Positions 10,120 to 18,881 of a DNA stretch of 64,000 nucleotides are shown piece by piece (positions within the stretch are counted from its first letter, which is position 1; each line of letters opens with the position of its first letter). The DNA is from an archaeon (lineage in GTDB: Archaea; Nanobdellota; Nanobdellia; Pacearchaeales; GW2011-AR1). Position numbers and translations under genes: made by a program. The stretch spans positions 14,840 through 78,839 of the forward strand of contig JABHWZ010000003.1 of NCBI GenBank assembly GCA_018657525.1. Direction: 5' to 3'. The notes beneath the pieces are model-generated. The model was given only the letters and a program-made list of their open reading frames with translations. It did no database searches and had not been told where the DNA came from.

Positions 10120-10725
10120 CTAAATTTCGAAAATGGCAGGTTTTCGTGCAACATTTATTACTTTTGTTTTTCCTATTTTTTCTTCAATTCCTCCTGCCTC
10201 GTGAATGTGGGCAGTTATTGCAATGTCTGGGGAGAATTTTTTAATTGCTTTAGTTACTGCTTCTGAGCCTGGGAAACCTGTGAATTCTGCTTGGCCACCT
10301 TTAGGATGCATGTGGGTTACCATTATTTTTCTTTTTGAATCTTTTAATTTTTTATTTCCTTTTTCAAGTAAATTAAATAATTGTTTAGATTTGTGTCCCT
10401 TAATTCCCCAATCAACTGTGCCTGCTCCAAAAATTCCTAAATCTCCTTTTTTAATTGAATAGCCATGGAGATTTGTAGTTCCTGGTCCGTACATTTCTGC
10501 GAGGAATTCTGTTGTTGCTACAGATTCATGATTTCCCGGGATTATGATGACTTCTTTTTTTTCTTTTAAAAAAGGACCAATTAAATTTTTGGTAGACATT
10601 TCTCCCATTGTTAAATCGCCAGCTAGAATGACTAAATCTACTTTTTCTTTTGTTGCTCTTTTTGCTAGTTTTTTTACGAGGCCAGTATCTCCGTGAATGT
10701 CTCCGACCGCTAAAATTTTTGTCAT
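10120..10725 (-). CDS. metallophosphoesterase (YfcE/MJ0936-like)
   Basis: Motifs ILAVGDIHGD, GDL, GNHE, VTHMHP and AHIH. Confidence 0.8.
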   Translation of the reverse strand: MTKILAVGDIHGDTGLVKKLAKRATKEKVDLVILAGDLTMGEMSTKNLIGPFLKEKKEVIIIPGNHESVATTEFLAEMYGPGTTNLHGYSIKKGDLGIFGAGTVDWGIKGHKSKQLFNLLEKGNKKLKDSKRKIMVTHMHPKGGQAEFTGFPGSEAVTKAIKKFSPDIAITAHIHEAGGIEEKIGKTKVINVARKPAIFEI

Positions 10726-10775
10726 ATTTTATTAAAGAGGATAATGTTTATAAACAATCTGTATTTTTTTAATTG

Positions 10776-11411
10776 ATGGATTCAGAATTTAATTGGATAA
10801 AACTCAACTTGCACTTTCCTGAATGGGCTTCAGTGGATGGGAAGAAAGAGGAAGTTTCTTGGAAGGGGTTTACTTTGTCTCCGACTTTTAAAAATGGAGT
10901 AGTGGACTTTGCTTTGGGAGATTATGGTTTTCAATTGTTTGTGCAAAATTTTTTGCCTTGGTTGGGCCAAGTGCCCGGGGTTGAGGAGAGATATAAAGTT
11001 AAATTGAAGCAAGTTTATGAACAGGTTAGAGAAGAGTTGGAACAATGCATGTCAATATTTGAATCTTGGAGGCCCAATGTTAATCGTGGTACTTTGCATG
11101 GACATGAAAGCAGAAGTCTTTCAAATCATTTAGAATTTACTCAATCTTATGAGAAAGTTCATGTTTGGGATTATTGGAAAATTGCAGGCAAAAAAGATGT
11201 TTCTCCAACAGATCAACTTTTATTTTTAAAGGGTTTGCCTACGGAAATTTTAAATGAAAAATTTTTAGCTATACAAAAGCTTGGAGACTTTGTTTCTGAA
11301 TCTAATTGGGATTGTAATAATATTTCTGGAGATAGTTTAGTTGATTGTGTTAATAATGCAAATGCAATTTATTTGAGGGTTTCTCGAGGAGAATTTTTGA
11401 ATTTGGAATAA
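10776..11411 (+). CDS. hypothetical protein
   Basis: 212-aa ORF; ATG at 10776, one codon after the TTG used by the track. Confidence 0.4.
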   Translation: MDSEFNWIKLNLHFPEWASVDGKKEEVSWKGFTLSPTFKNGVVDFALGDYGFQLFVQNFLPWLGQVPGVEERYKVKLKQVYEQVREELEQCMSIFESWRPNVNRGTLHGHESRSLSNHLEFTQSYEKVHVWDYWKIAGKKDVSPTDQLLFLKGLPTEILNEKFLAIQKLGDFVSESNWDCNNISGDSLVDCVNNANAIYLRVSRGEFLNLE

Positions 11412-11434
11412 TTCTCTTTTTCACAATTCGCATT

Positions 11435-11481
11435 CACGCTTAAAAATTTTATTTTTACCTCCGGGATTAAATTTCGCGTAA
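11435..11481. repeat. module F1 (CACGCT..AAATTT..CCTYCGG..AATTTCGCGTAA), copy 1
   Basis: Aligns by eye with 22365..22411 and partly with 32078..32113 (inside polB). Confidence 0.7.
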
Positions 11482-11488
11482 TTGCTCA

Positions 11489-11714
11489 CCCACTATGTAA
11501 TGAATATCTATATATTACAAAAGTTTTATGTTTCGCGAACAAGTCGCTCACTGCATTTTGAAATTATCTAAAGTTTTTCAAAACACAACGTCGGATATAA
11601 AATCCTTGCTGCATTTTGAAATTATCTAAAGTTTTTCAAAACACAAAGGTTCCCTTATAAAACTTTATTTTCACTCCCACTATGTAATGAATATATATAT
11701 TACAAAAGTTTTAT
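11489..11714. repeat. nested direct repeats A-x-B-y-B-z-A
   Basis: A = cccactatgtaatgaatat(ct)atatattacaaaagttttat at 11489-11529 and 11676-11714. B = a 38-nt perfect repeat at 11551-11588 and 11609-11646, separated by 20 nt. Confidence 0.9.
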
Positions 11715-11770
11715 AAGGACAACCCTATCTGAATATATAGGTTAAAGTATATATTAGCCTACTAAATAAA

Positions 11771-12037
11771 ATGAAAGATAATTTTGATATCTTTTTTAGA
11801 CGAAAGCCGGCCTTGATGTTGGTATCTCTGAAGAAGAATACGCGAATGCGGTATGGAAGTATTTTGGCAAAAGAAGTTGATTGCACATACAGTCATGCTG
11901 TGAAAATCCTGCAAACGCTTGAAATTTTGAAGTTGGTCGAGTTTGAGAAGAGAGGAAGAATAAAGATAATTAGACTGACTAAGAAAGGAAGAGATGTTGC
12001 AGATGCTATTGAAAATATTCAAAAGCTAGTTAAGTAA
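11771..12037 (+). CDS. small winged-helix DNA-binding protein
   Basis: 88 aa. YGSILAKEVDCTYSHAVKILQTLEILKLVEFEKRGRIKIIRLTKKG looks like a wHTH (helix-turn-helix plus wing). Confidence 0.55.
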   Translation: MKDNFDIFFRRKPALMLVSLKKNTRMRYGSILAKEVDCTYSHAVKILQTLEILKLVEFEKRGRIKIIRLTKKGRDVADAIENIQKLVK

Positions 12038-12178
12038 TTATTTTTGGCACTCTGAGGTGAGGTGCCCAATTTTTTTTAGAAAAGAAGGAAAAAAGAGATT
12101 TAGAATAATTATTCTTGATTCTGTAATAAAATATATTACAAGTTCTGTTTTCTTAGATAAATTTATAAAGATTATATA

Positions 12179-12391
12179 ATGAATAAAATTATGAAAAATA
12201 TTGAAACTCGTGTTGAAGTTTCTCCTAACTCTGGCGTGGAACATGATTTAGAAATTAACCAAGAGGTGCCGGGTTATGTGGCTATCTTATTACCCTTTTT
12301 GATTCTCGGAGCTGTTTATGGATTGTATAAAGCTGTGCTAGATATGCCTAATCAGATAGGAAAGAGTATGGGATTGAAAAGATATCAATAA
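12179..12391 (+). CDS. small single-TM protein
   Basis: 70 aa with hydrophobic helix GYVAILLPFLILGAVYGLY. Confidence 0.35.
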   Translation: MNKIMKNIETRVEVSPNSGVEHDLEINQEVPGYVAILLPFLILGAVYGLYKAVLDMPNQIGKSMGLKRYQ

Positions 12392-12395
12392 TTTT

Positions 12396-12620
12396 GAAAG
12401 ATTATAAATATGGCCTCGATAACCTAAAGGTCACGAGAACCTGTAGGCAGGAGGGATTTAGTCGCTTCGCTCTCAACTTCGCTGAACATCAATTTCGCTA
12501 AAATTGACATAAACCATCGACAACTTCTGTGGAAGTAAAATATTTTTGAATTTCCAAACATTAAAATTTCTTTCAGAAATTGTTATAATCTTTTTGAGAA
12601 AGATTATAAATATGGCCTCG
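12396..12620. repeat. 23-nt perfect direct repeat (tRNA-Lys acceptor 3' strand plus 15 nt of 3' flank) bracketing a 179-nt GC-richer insert
   Basis: gaaagattataaatatggcctcg at 12396-12418 and 12598-12620. The insert starts with module GATAACCTAAAGGTCACGAGAACCTGTAGGCAGGAG. Confidence 0.9.
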
Positions 12621-12687
12621 AAGGGATTTGAACCCTCGACACCCAGATTAAGAGTCTGGTGCTCTGACCAGGCTGAGCTACGAAGCC
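12613..12687 (-). tRNA. tRNA-Lys (anticodon CUU)
   Basis: Hand-folded cloverleaf: GGCTTCG/CGAGGCC acceptor, GCTC/GAGC D stem, CCAGA-CTCTTAA-TCTGG anticodon arm, GAGGG-TTCAAAT-CCCTT T arm. 75 nt. Confidence 0.85.
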
Positions 12688-12774
12688 ATATATAAAATAA
12701 CTATTTATTAACAATTTAAAAAGATGTTGTTTTATCACAATTTATTTTAAAAAGGAGAATCTCTATTTTTCTTT

Positions 12775-13980
12775 ATGGTTAAAAGAATTGATGCTATTCA
12801 AAGAGCTTTAAAGTTAAGACAAACTCTTTTAAGGGGGGATAAATTGCTTGTTGCGGATTTTTCAGAAACTCTCCAGGGTAAAGATACTTCTAGAGTTATT
12901 GATTTAATGCCAGATGTTGAAACAGGGAATTATGTTTTTCGAGCTAAAGTGAATGTTAAGGACATTGACCCTATTGCTGCTTCAAAGTATGGAGTGGATT
13001 ATTTTGATGTAACTAAAAAGGATGATTCTGAAATTGAAGATTTGATTAAAAGATCAGAGTTTGATTTTCCCCTATGGTATAAAAATGATTCTGGTTTTGA
13101 AATGAGGAGAGTGGGAGATTTTAATTTACCATTTATACTTCAAGTTGCAGGGTGCAATTTTCATGATGGGACAAAAGTGGGGGGATGTACTTATTGTTTT
13201 GTGGATGACGTTAGCAATGATGGAATTCCAGGGGAAGGAAAATCTTTCTTAAGTTATAAATCTGCTATTGAAAGTATGCTTCAGGCTAGGGAAAAAATTC
13301 ATGCCGCTTATCAAGAGCATGGTTTGGATTTAGGTATTAGAACTTTTCGAACTTCTGGAGGGGAACCTACAATTGCATTAGATTGGATTTTAAATGCTTG
13401 GAGGGAAATTGATAGAAGAGGTTTAGATTTTGTTGGACAATTAGATAGTAATTTATCCACTGGTCCTTTGGTAGATCAATTTGAAAATGGGGGCATATAT
13501 GAACAAGATATTTTAAGAAAATTAGGAGAATATCCAATTAAAGTTTTGACTGCTTTTAAGGGAACCGATGAAAGGAATATTCAAGAAAATGTTCAAGCTA
13601 TGACTTCTTTAGAAACTCAATTATATTCACTTAAAAAATTTATAGGAGCGGGTTTTGATATTTATCCTCAGCTTTATAATCCGAATCCTATGACTTTAAA
13701 AAGTTTTTTGGAAAGAGTAGATTCTGAGGTGGAAAATCTTTCTTTAAGAATTCATATTGGTCCTTTAAAATTATATGGTCCAAATAGTGAGAGATTGAAA
13801 TGTCAAGCAGATCAGCTGGGAGTTGATCCCGGTAAATTTATCGCTGATAAAAAGTCTGAATGGGATTCAAATTATTCTCATGGTTGTGAAATTATTGATG
13901 GCTATCTGAATGATACTTATGGAGTAGGATATAGAGACTTAGTTAGATCAGATGTTCCTCTTAAGATATTAAAGAAATAA
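12775..13980 (+). CDS. radical-SAM-like protein with an expanded Cys motif
   Basis: AGCNFHDGTKVGGCTYCF (C-x11-C-x2-C) and SGGEPT. No closer assignment. Confidence 0.5.
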   Translation: MVKRIDAIQRALKLRQTLLRGDKLLVADFSETLQGKDTSRVIDLMPDVETGNYVFRAKVNVKDIDPIAASKYGVDYFDVTKKDDSEIEDLIKRSEFDFPLWYKNDSGFEMRRVGDFNLPFILQVAGCNFHDGTKVGGCTYCFVDDVSNDGIPGEGKSFLSYKSAIESMLQAREKIHAAYQEHGLDLGIRTFRTSGGEPTIALDWILNAWREIDRRGLDFVGQLDSNLSTGPLVDQFENGGIYEQDILRKLGEYPIKVLTAFKGTDERNIQENVQAMTSLETQLYSLKKFIGAGFDIYPQLYNPNPMTLKSFLERVDSEVENLSLRIHIGPLKLYGPNSERLKCQADQLGVDPGKFIADKKSEWDSNYSHGCEIIDGYLNDTYGVGYRDLVRSDVPLKILKK

Positions 13981-13985
13981 TTTTT

Positions 13986-14129
13986 TCATATTTTCTTATA
14001 AATTATAATGAGTATAACTCCTAAAATAATTATCCAGTAAATATAACTAATTGCTTTTGGGGGGAAGAAAAATATTGAGGTAAATAAAATTAAAATTATT
14101 GTGAATAAAATTTTTTTGAAATCAGTCAT
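13986..14129 (-). CDS. possible 47-aa two-TM micro-protein, start overlapping the tfs stop
   Basis: MTDFKKILFTIILILFTSIFFFPP..WIIILGVILIIIYKKI. Its ATG lies within the last codons of tfs (TATGACTGA). Confidence 0.3.
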   Translation of the reverse strand: MTDFKKILFTIILILFTSIFFFPPKAISYIYWIIILGVILIIIYKKI

Positions 14130-14430
14130 AGTTTCGATGTGTGTGGCTGCACTTTGTGCATTTGAAGAATTTTGTTTCTGCTTCGTCTGATGCTCGTGTT
14201 TGGACTGTCCAGAAGTATGCTTCTTCGTTTCCACATTTTGTGCATTTATCCTGAACAATTGGTTCTGTTTGAATATTTTGTTTAAGGACAGTTATTTTTT
14301 TTATTTCTGGACCTTTTTCAGAAGTTTTTAATTTTGTGACTTTTCCTTTTGAAATGTAACTGCATCTTGGGCAACCTAATTTTTTAGTTTTTTTTATTAG
14401 TACTGCTCCGCATTTTGGGCAAAATTCCAT
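14122..14430 (-). CDS. tfs: transcription factor S / RNA polymerase subunit M (TFIIS-type)
   Basis: N-terminal CPKCG..CPRC ribbon and C-terminal CTKCG...QTRASDE..F.CTKC ribbon carrying the acidic loop. Confidence 0.85.
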   Translation of the reverse strand: MEFCPKCGAVLIKKTKKLGCPRCSYISKGKVTKLKTSEKGPEIKKITVLKQNIQTEPIVQDKCTKCGNEEAYFWTVQTRASDEAETKFFKCTKCSHTHRNYD

Positions 14431-14620
14431 TATATGAATCTCCCTACTAATTTTGCATCAACAATGCTTTGCTGTGTTAGACAAAACTCCATTAGAAGAT
14501 ACTCCTTACTAATTTTGCATCAACAATGCTTTGCTGTGTTAGACAAAACTCCATTAGAAGATACTCCTTACTAATTCTGCATCAACGATATTTGAAGTTA
14601 TTAGATAAAATTCCATTATA
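14421..14620 (-). repeat. about 3.2 tandem units of 62 bp, each restarting with the tfs start (ATGGARTTTTGY)
   Basis: aaaa[tc]tccat at 14421, 14483, 14545 and 14607. The units encode 20-codon uORFs linked by UAAUG overlaps. Confidence 0.9.
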
Positions 14621-14688
14621 GTTTTTATAAGTCACTCTTTTTAAAACTTTTTATTTAGGATTTATGAGATTTTAAATGTTTTGATTGG

Positions 14689-15315
14689 TTAATTTTCTTT
14701 ACAAAATCCTTTTTCTTGTGGTGCCTTTAAACCTTCAAAAAATATTAATTTAATCCAACCTAAATATGGAGCAACTTTGAAGACTGCTTTTCCAACTATT
14801 TGATTTTCTTGGATATTTTTTTCAATTGATAATTGTCCATTGTTATTGTCGCCAATTGTTGAAAATGTTTTTTTGTCTTCAGTTTCATTTATTGCTATTA
14901 TTCTGTGGATTATCGGATGGGCCCTACCTGCATTGAATATTACTACATCTCCAACTTTTAGTTTATTTGTATTTGCGCCGATTATAAATAAAATGTCTCC
15001 TTTGTTGAATCCGTTTTGGAATATGAAATTTTTGAATGCTTCTTGGGTTAAATCAAAGTTTGAATATTTTGTTTTATGATTTTCCCACCAATTGGCATTG
15101 TTCGACAGTAAATTTCCTGAGTGATACATTGAGCATGATTCTACAATTGCTAATGGGAGAGTTGTTCCAGTTACTAAACTTAGAGTCGGGAAAAAAATAA
15201 ATTTGATTAATATAAATAGGAAGATTATAGAGATTATCCAGCCTTTAAATGAGTCGTCTTTCCAAACAGTAAAATAAAATTTATTCCACCATTTTTTGAA
15301 ATCCTCTTTTTTCAT
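14689..15315 (-). CDS. signal peptidase I, archaeal/Sec11 type
   Basis: N-terminal TM; catalytic-Ser context VESCSMYHSG; GDILFI; HPIIHRII His box. Confidence 0.75.
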   Translation of the reverse strand: MKKEDFKKWWNKFYFTVWKDDSFKGWIISIIFLFILIKFIFFPTLSLVTGTTLPLAIVESCSMYHSGNLLSNNANWWENHKTKYSNFDLTQEAFKNFIFQNGFNKGDILFIIGANTNKLKVGDVVIFNAGRAHPIIHRIIAINETEDKKTFSTIGDNNNGQLSIEKNIQENQIVGKAVFKVAPYLGWIKLIFFEGLKAPQEKGFCKEN

Positions 15316-15345
15316 GGACTCAAGAACTTTTTTTAGTTTATATAA

Positions 15346-16329
15346 TTAGTGTTGTTGATTTGCTAATAAGATTTCTGGAAAGAATTTGTATTCATGTTTT
15401 TTGAATATTGGTATTATTTCAATGGATCTAATTTTTTCTTTTAGGTAATTTTGGATTTCTTTATAAAATTGCCACATTTCTTCTTGAGTTGCTGTTTCAA
15501 TAGTTATTGAGAAATTAAATTTTCCCACCATTTTTAATATTCCTATTGCGTTTTTTTTAGAAGATAAAAATTCTATAAAGTCTGTTTCTTCTTTTTTAGT
15601 CATTTTATTTAAATCAAGGTAGATTTTGCTTGGAAGATAACCTATTTTAGACAGATTAATAAATGGTCTGAATCCAGTTATTACTCCCTCTGTTTTTAAT
15701 TTTTTAATTTTTCGGATAATGGTTTTGTAATTGATACCGGTTTCTGATGCTATTTGGATTATATTTTTTCTGGCATTTTTAGAAAGGGCTTGTAATATTT
15801 TTAGTTCAGTTGCAGAAGGTGAAACTATCTTTTCTTCTCCGAATGAAATTGTTTTTCTTTCATTTTTTTTCTGATAAATATATTTTCTTCCAAAACTTGA
15901 ACCTCCCATTGAAATAAATAAATCATAATTTACAATTTGATCTGAATATTCTTCTAAAAGTTTTGAAAATTCTTTTTGAAAATTTACTGAATTTTTTGAA
16001 ATCGTATTTACAATTAGATCCCATTTGCCTCCACATTCAGAAACAGATAAGATTTCCTTTTTTTGATATAGCTCTTTTATAATTTTTTCTTTTTCTTTTT
16101 CATTTAAATTTTTTAGTTTTACCATAATTATATAATTGGAGAGTCCAAACGCTAAAAAGTGGATTACCGTAAAAAATTCAGTTATGATTTCTCTCTCGAT
16201 TAGTTGTTTAATTCTATAATTTATTACTTGTTGTGATTTTCCAACTTTTTTGCCTATCTGCGAATCTGTTTGTCTTGAATTGATGCTTAATTCATATAAT
16301 ATTTTTGAATCTAATAAATTTAGTTCCAT
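15346..16329 (-). CDS. tandem Lrp/AsnC-type HTH regulator
   Basis: Two HTH_AsnC-like segments (LDSKILYELSINSRQTDSQIGKKVG and LKILQALSKNARKNIIQIASETG), each followed by an alpha/beta domain. Confidence 0.6.
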   Translation of the reverse strand: MELNLLDSKILYELSINSRQTDSQIGKKVGKSQQVINYRIKQLIEREIITEFFTVIHFLAFGLSNYIIMVKLKNLNEKEKEKIIKELYQKKEILSVSECGGKWDLIVNTISKNSVNFQKEFSKLLEEYSDQIVNYDLFISMGGSSFGRKYIYQKKNERKTISFGEEKIVSPSATELKILQALSKNARKNIIQIASETGINYKTIIRKIKKLKTEGVITGFRPFINLSKIGYLPSKIYLDLNKMTKKEETDFIEFLSSKKNAIGILKMVGKFNFSITIETATQEEMWQFYKEIQNYLKEKIRSIEIIPIFKKHEYKFFPEILLANQQH

Positions 16330-16421
16330 ATTTGTATTATAGGTATTCTTATTTATAAATTTAACTATATTACAAAGATATCTTAAAAAAGCTTTAAATA
16401 TTTAGATGTTGTTACTATTGT

Positions 16422-17369
16422 ATGGAAATAAAATACAAAAAGTTCGATACGCATAGTCATATTGGAGTTGATGCGCGGCATCCTTTCATTTCAAATATCG
16501 AAGATTATGTAAGAAATGCCAAGCAAAATGGAATTAATAGATCTCTTTTAATTGGAGTGCCGTTACCGGTTTATCCTAAAGAAGGAGGGATATTTACCCC
16601 TCTTAATTGGAATCTTTCTGGAATTAATTTTGTTATTGCTTCTGAATTTGTAGATTCTGATGGAAATTTAATTCGCGGGAATGTTGAAGAAAACCCTTTT
16701 GCTGAATCGAATTCTCTTTTAGAAACACAGGTTAAGAATAATTCTTCTACAGATTTGAAGTTAGATTTTGTCCCTCATGTGCATCCTTTGTTGGATACTG
16801 AGATGCATTTAAATGAAACTTTGGAAAAAAAACCTCTTGCAGTAAAAGTACATGGTTCTTCTTGGGGGATTAATCCTAAAGATATTTCTCCTTCTTTTTT
16901 TCAGACTTTAAAAAAATATAATGTCCCATTAATAGTTCATACGGATTATAATCAAGATCCACAAAATGGTAGACATTTAATTCAAAAAATGAATGATCCA
17001 TTAGTTTGGATTGATCTGTGTCAAAGATATGGAGTGAGAGCTTCGCTGGCTCATGGTTTAAGACTTTGTCAAGAATCTTGGAAAAAAGTTTCTAAATCTG
17101 GAGGGCAGTTTATTGTTGGTTTTGGACCTAAGTTGGATACAAAACAATCTCATCGAGTAAAAACAACTGGAGTTGATTATACCCCTGCTTTGTTAGGTAT
17201 GGCAGATTTATCCAAACTTACTTATGATGTAGATTTTGCTTGGAATACTGAAAGTTATGACTTTCTTGATTGGACTCTGGGAGATGAATTAATTGGGAAA
17301 GTTTCTGAGGATGAATTAATGGCGGTTTATGCTGGCAATGCTAGAAGGTTTTATGGAGGGATAGATTAA
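16422..17369 (+). CDS. metal-dependent amidohydrolase-fold protein
   Basis: FDTHSHIG N-terminal metal motif, later HVH, VHTD and AHG. Confidence 0.5.
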   Translation: MEIKYKKFDTHSHIGVDARHPFISNIEDYVRNAKQNGINRSLLIGVPLPVYPKEGGIFTPLNWNLSGINFVIASEFVDSDGNLIRGNVEENPFAESNSLLETQVKNNSSTDLKLDFVPHVHPLLDTEMHLNETLEKKPLAVKVHGSSWGINPKDISPSFFQTLKKYNVPLIVHTDYNQDPQNGRHLIQKMNDPLVWIDLCQRYGVRASLAHGLRLCQESWKKVSKSGGQFIVGFGPKLDTKQSHRVKTTGVDYTPALLGMADLSKLTYDVDFAWNTESYDFLDWTLGDELIGKVSEDELMAVYAGNARRFYGGID

Positions 17370-17395
17370 TAAAATAATCTGTTTTTATATTTAAA

Positions 17396-17920
17396 ATGAT
17401 ATCGCCTAAATTAGAAAGTGAAAGATTGTTATTAAAGAATTGGGAATTGAAAGAGGCAAAGGAATTTGTCAAATTAGCTAAAGATCCTAAATTGATTTTT
17501 GGAGATATGCCTTTTCCGTATCTTTTAGAGCATGCTCAATTTTGGATTAAAAAAGTTTTGACCCTCGATGATAAATATTATTTTGCGATACATGAGAAAA
17601 CAACAAAGAAAATTGTGGGGTTTTGTTGGATTACTATTTATTTGAAAAAGAATGAAGGATTGATTGCTTATGGGTTAGGGAATGAGGCTAGAGGGAAAGG
17701 ATATGCTACTGAAGCAGGAAGGTTAATGGTAAATTTTGTCTTTAAAAAATTAAAGTTAAAGAAGTTGTTAGCTGAAACTAAAGCAGATAATTTTGGTTCA
17801 CACAAGGTTCTAAAGAAATTGGGATTTAAAGTTATTCGTAAAATGAAGAATGGACATAGAGATGTAATTACAGACGAAATTCAAGATCAGTGGTTTTGGG
17901 AAGCCAAAAATTTTCTTTAA
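17396..17920 (+). CDS. GNAT N-acetyltransferase (RimJ/RimL-like)
   Basis: RLLLKNWE.. N-terminus and an ARGKGYATEA acetyl-CoA-binding motif. Confidence 0.75.
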   Translation: MISPKLESERLLLKNWELKEAKEFVKLAKDPKLIFGDMPFPYLLEHAQFWIKKVLTLDDKYYFAIHEKTTKKIVGFCWITIYLKKNEGLIAYGLGNEARGKGYATEAGRLMVNFVFKKLKLKKLLAETKADNFGSHKVLKKLGFKVIRKMKNGHRDVITDEIQDQWFWEAKNFL

Positions 17921-18268
17921 CTTTGCTCACTTTTTAGTAATTCTATTTCACTTACTAATGCTCCTAAACTATTTTTTAGTTGTTATAAATGTTTAAATAA
18001 AAAGTGTATTTTAATTGGGTATGTTAAATCAAATGCTTCTTTGCAGTGATGTGAAGAACGGGGCTTGCTTAAGTTTGAGAGAAAGAGCGTATGTCCTCGA
18101 CAGTATTTCTCATTCGTCTTTTTATGCAGACGAGTTTGGAGAGTTGAATTCCAAGGACGAAGAGAGATTAATTGTTTCTATTTTTAATAAGATGCAGGCC
18201 CTTTGATCTGAGGGTTTGTTTCTTTTTTTATTTTAATTTTTAGATTTTTCCTTGATAATTTTTATAAA

Positions 18269-18487
18269 ATGACTTTTTTAATATGTGTTATGGAGCGAAG
18301 AGTAAAATGTGAGTATGCGCACAATATGAGGGTGAGAGGTTGCATTCATTATGAATCTGCTGAAGATTCTTTGGTTTGTTCTCATGAATGTGATTATGCT
18401 GAAGCAATGGATGAAGCTAGACAAGAGGATGATAGTAAAAAGATTGGAGAGCTTTTGGAATGGGGGAACATCGGAATATTTAAATAG
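18269..18487 (+). CDS. small Cys-rich hypothetical protein
   Basis: 72-aa ORF with 5 Cys. Weak. Confidence 0.25.
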   Translation: MTFLICVMERRVKCEYAHNMRVRGCIHYESAEDSLVCSHECDYAEAMDEARQEDDSKKIGELLEWGNIGIFK

Positions 18488-18524
18488 TGTATATTTATTG
18501 TGTATACAACTAAGTGTATATAAA

Positions 18525-18881
18525 ATGACAGATATATTTGACAATACGATTTTGTGTAAAAAATGCAAACGTCCAATGAAGAGGGCAAAGTTAATTAAAA
18601 ATGGATTTGGTTTTAGGGCGGTTGTATGTCCTAATCTTAATTGTCATGAAAAGATAATTCATCCCCTTGATCAAGAAAGTTATGATCGATTTAAAAATTT
18701 GAAACGTAAACAATTTAGTGTTAAAATGAGATTAGTCGGAAATAGTTATGCAGTTTCAATCCCAATGGAAATAGTAAATTTTATGAAGGAACAAGAAAAG
18801 GTAATGAATGATATGGTAAAATTATGTTTTGAAGATGTTGGAAGATTAAGTTTAAATTTTGGAGAATTGGACAATGAATGA
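18525..18881 (+). CDS. zinc-ribbon plus AbrB/SpoVT-like DNA-binding protein
   Basis: CKKCKRP...CPNLNC ribbon, then VGNSYAVSIPMEIV (looped-hinge-helix signature). Internal ATG chosen over the long track ORF. Confidence 0.5.
   Translation: MTDIFDNTILCKKCKRPMKRAKLIKNGFGFRAVVCPNLNCHEKIIHPLDQESYDRFKNLKRKQFSVKMRLVGNSYAVSIPMEIVNFMKEQEKVMNDMVKLCFEDVGRLSLNFGELDNE

Noticed and set aside
14421-14620. Tandem 62-bp units (and the 77-bp units at 26799-26966) considered as a small CRISPR array.
   Set aside because: The would-be spacers are identical or near-identical between units. The units contain host gene start or stop sequence, and only 2-3 units exist. No cas gene or leader was recognised in the window.
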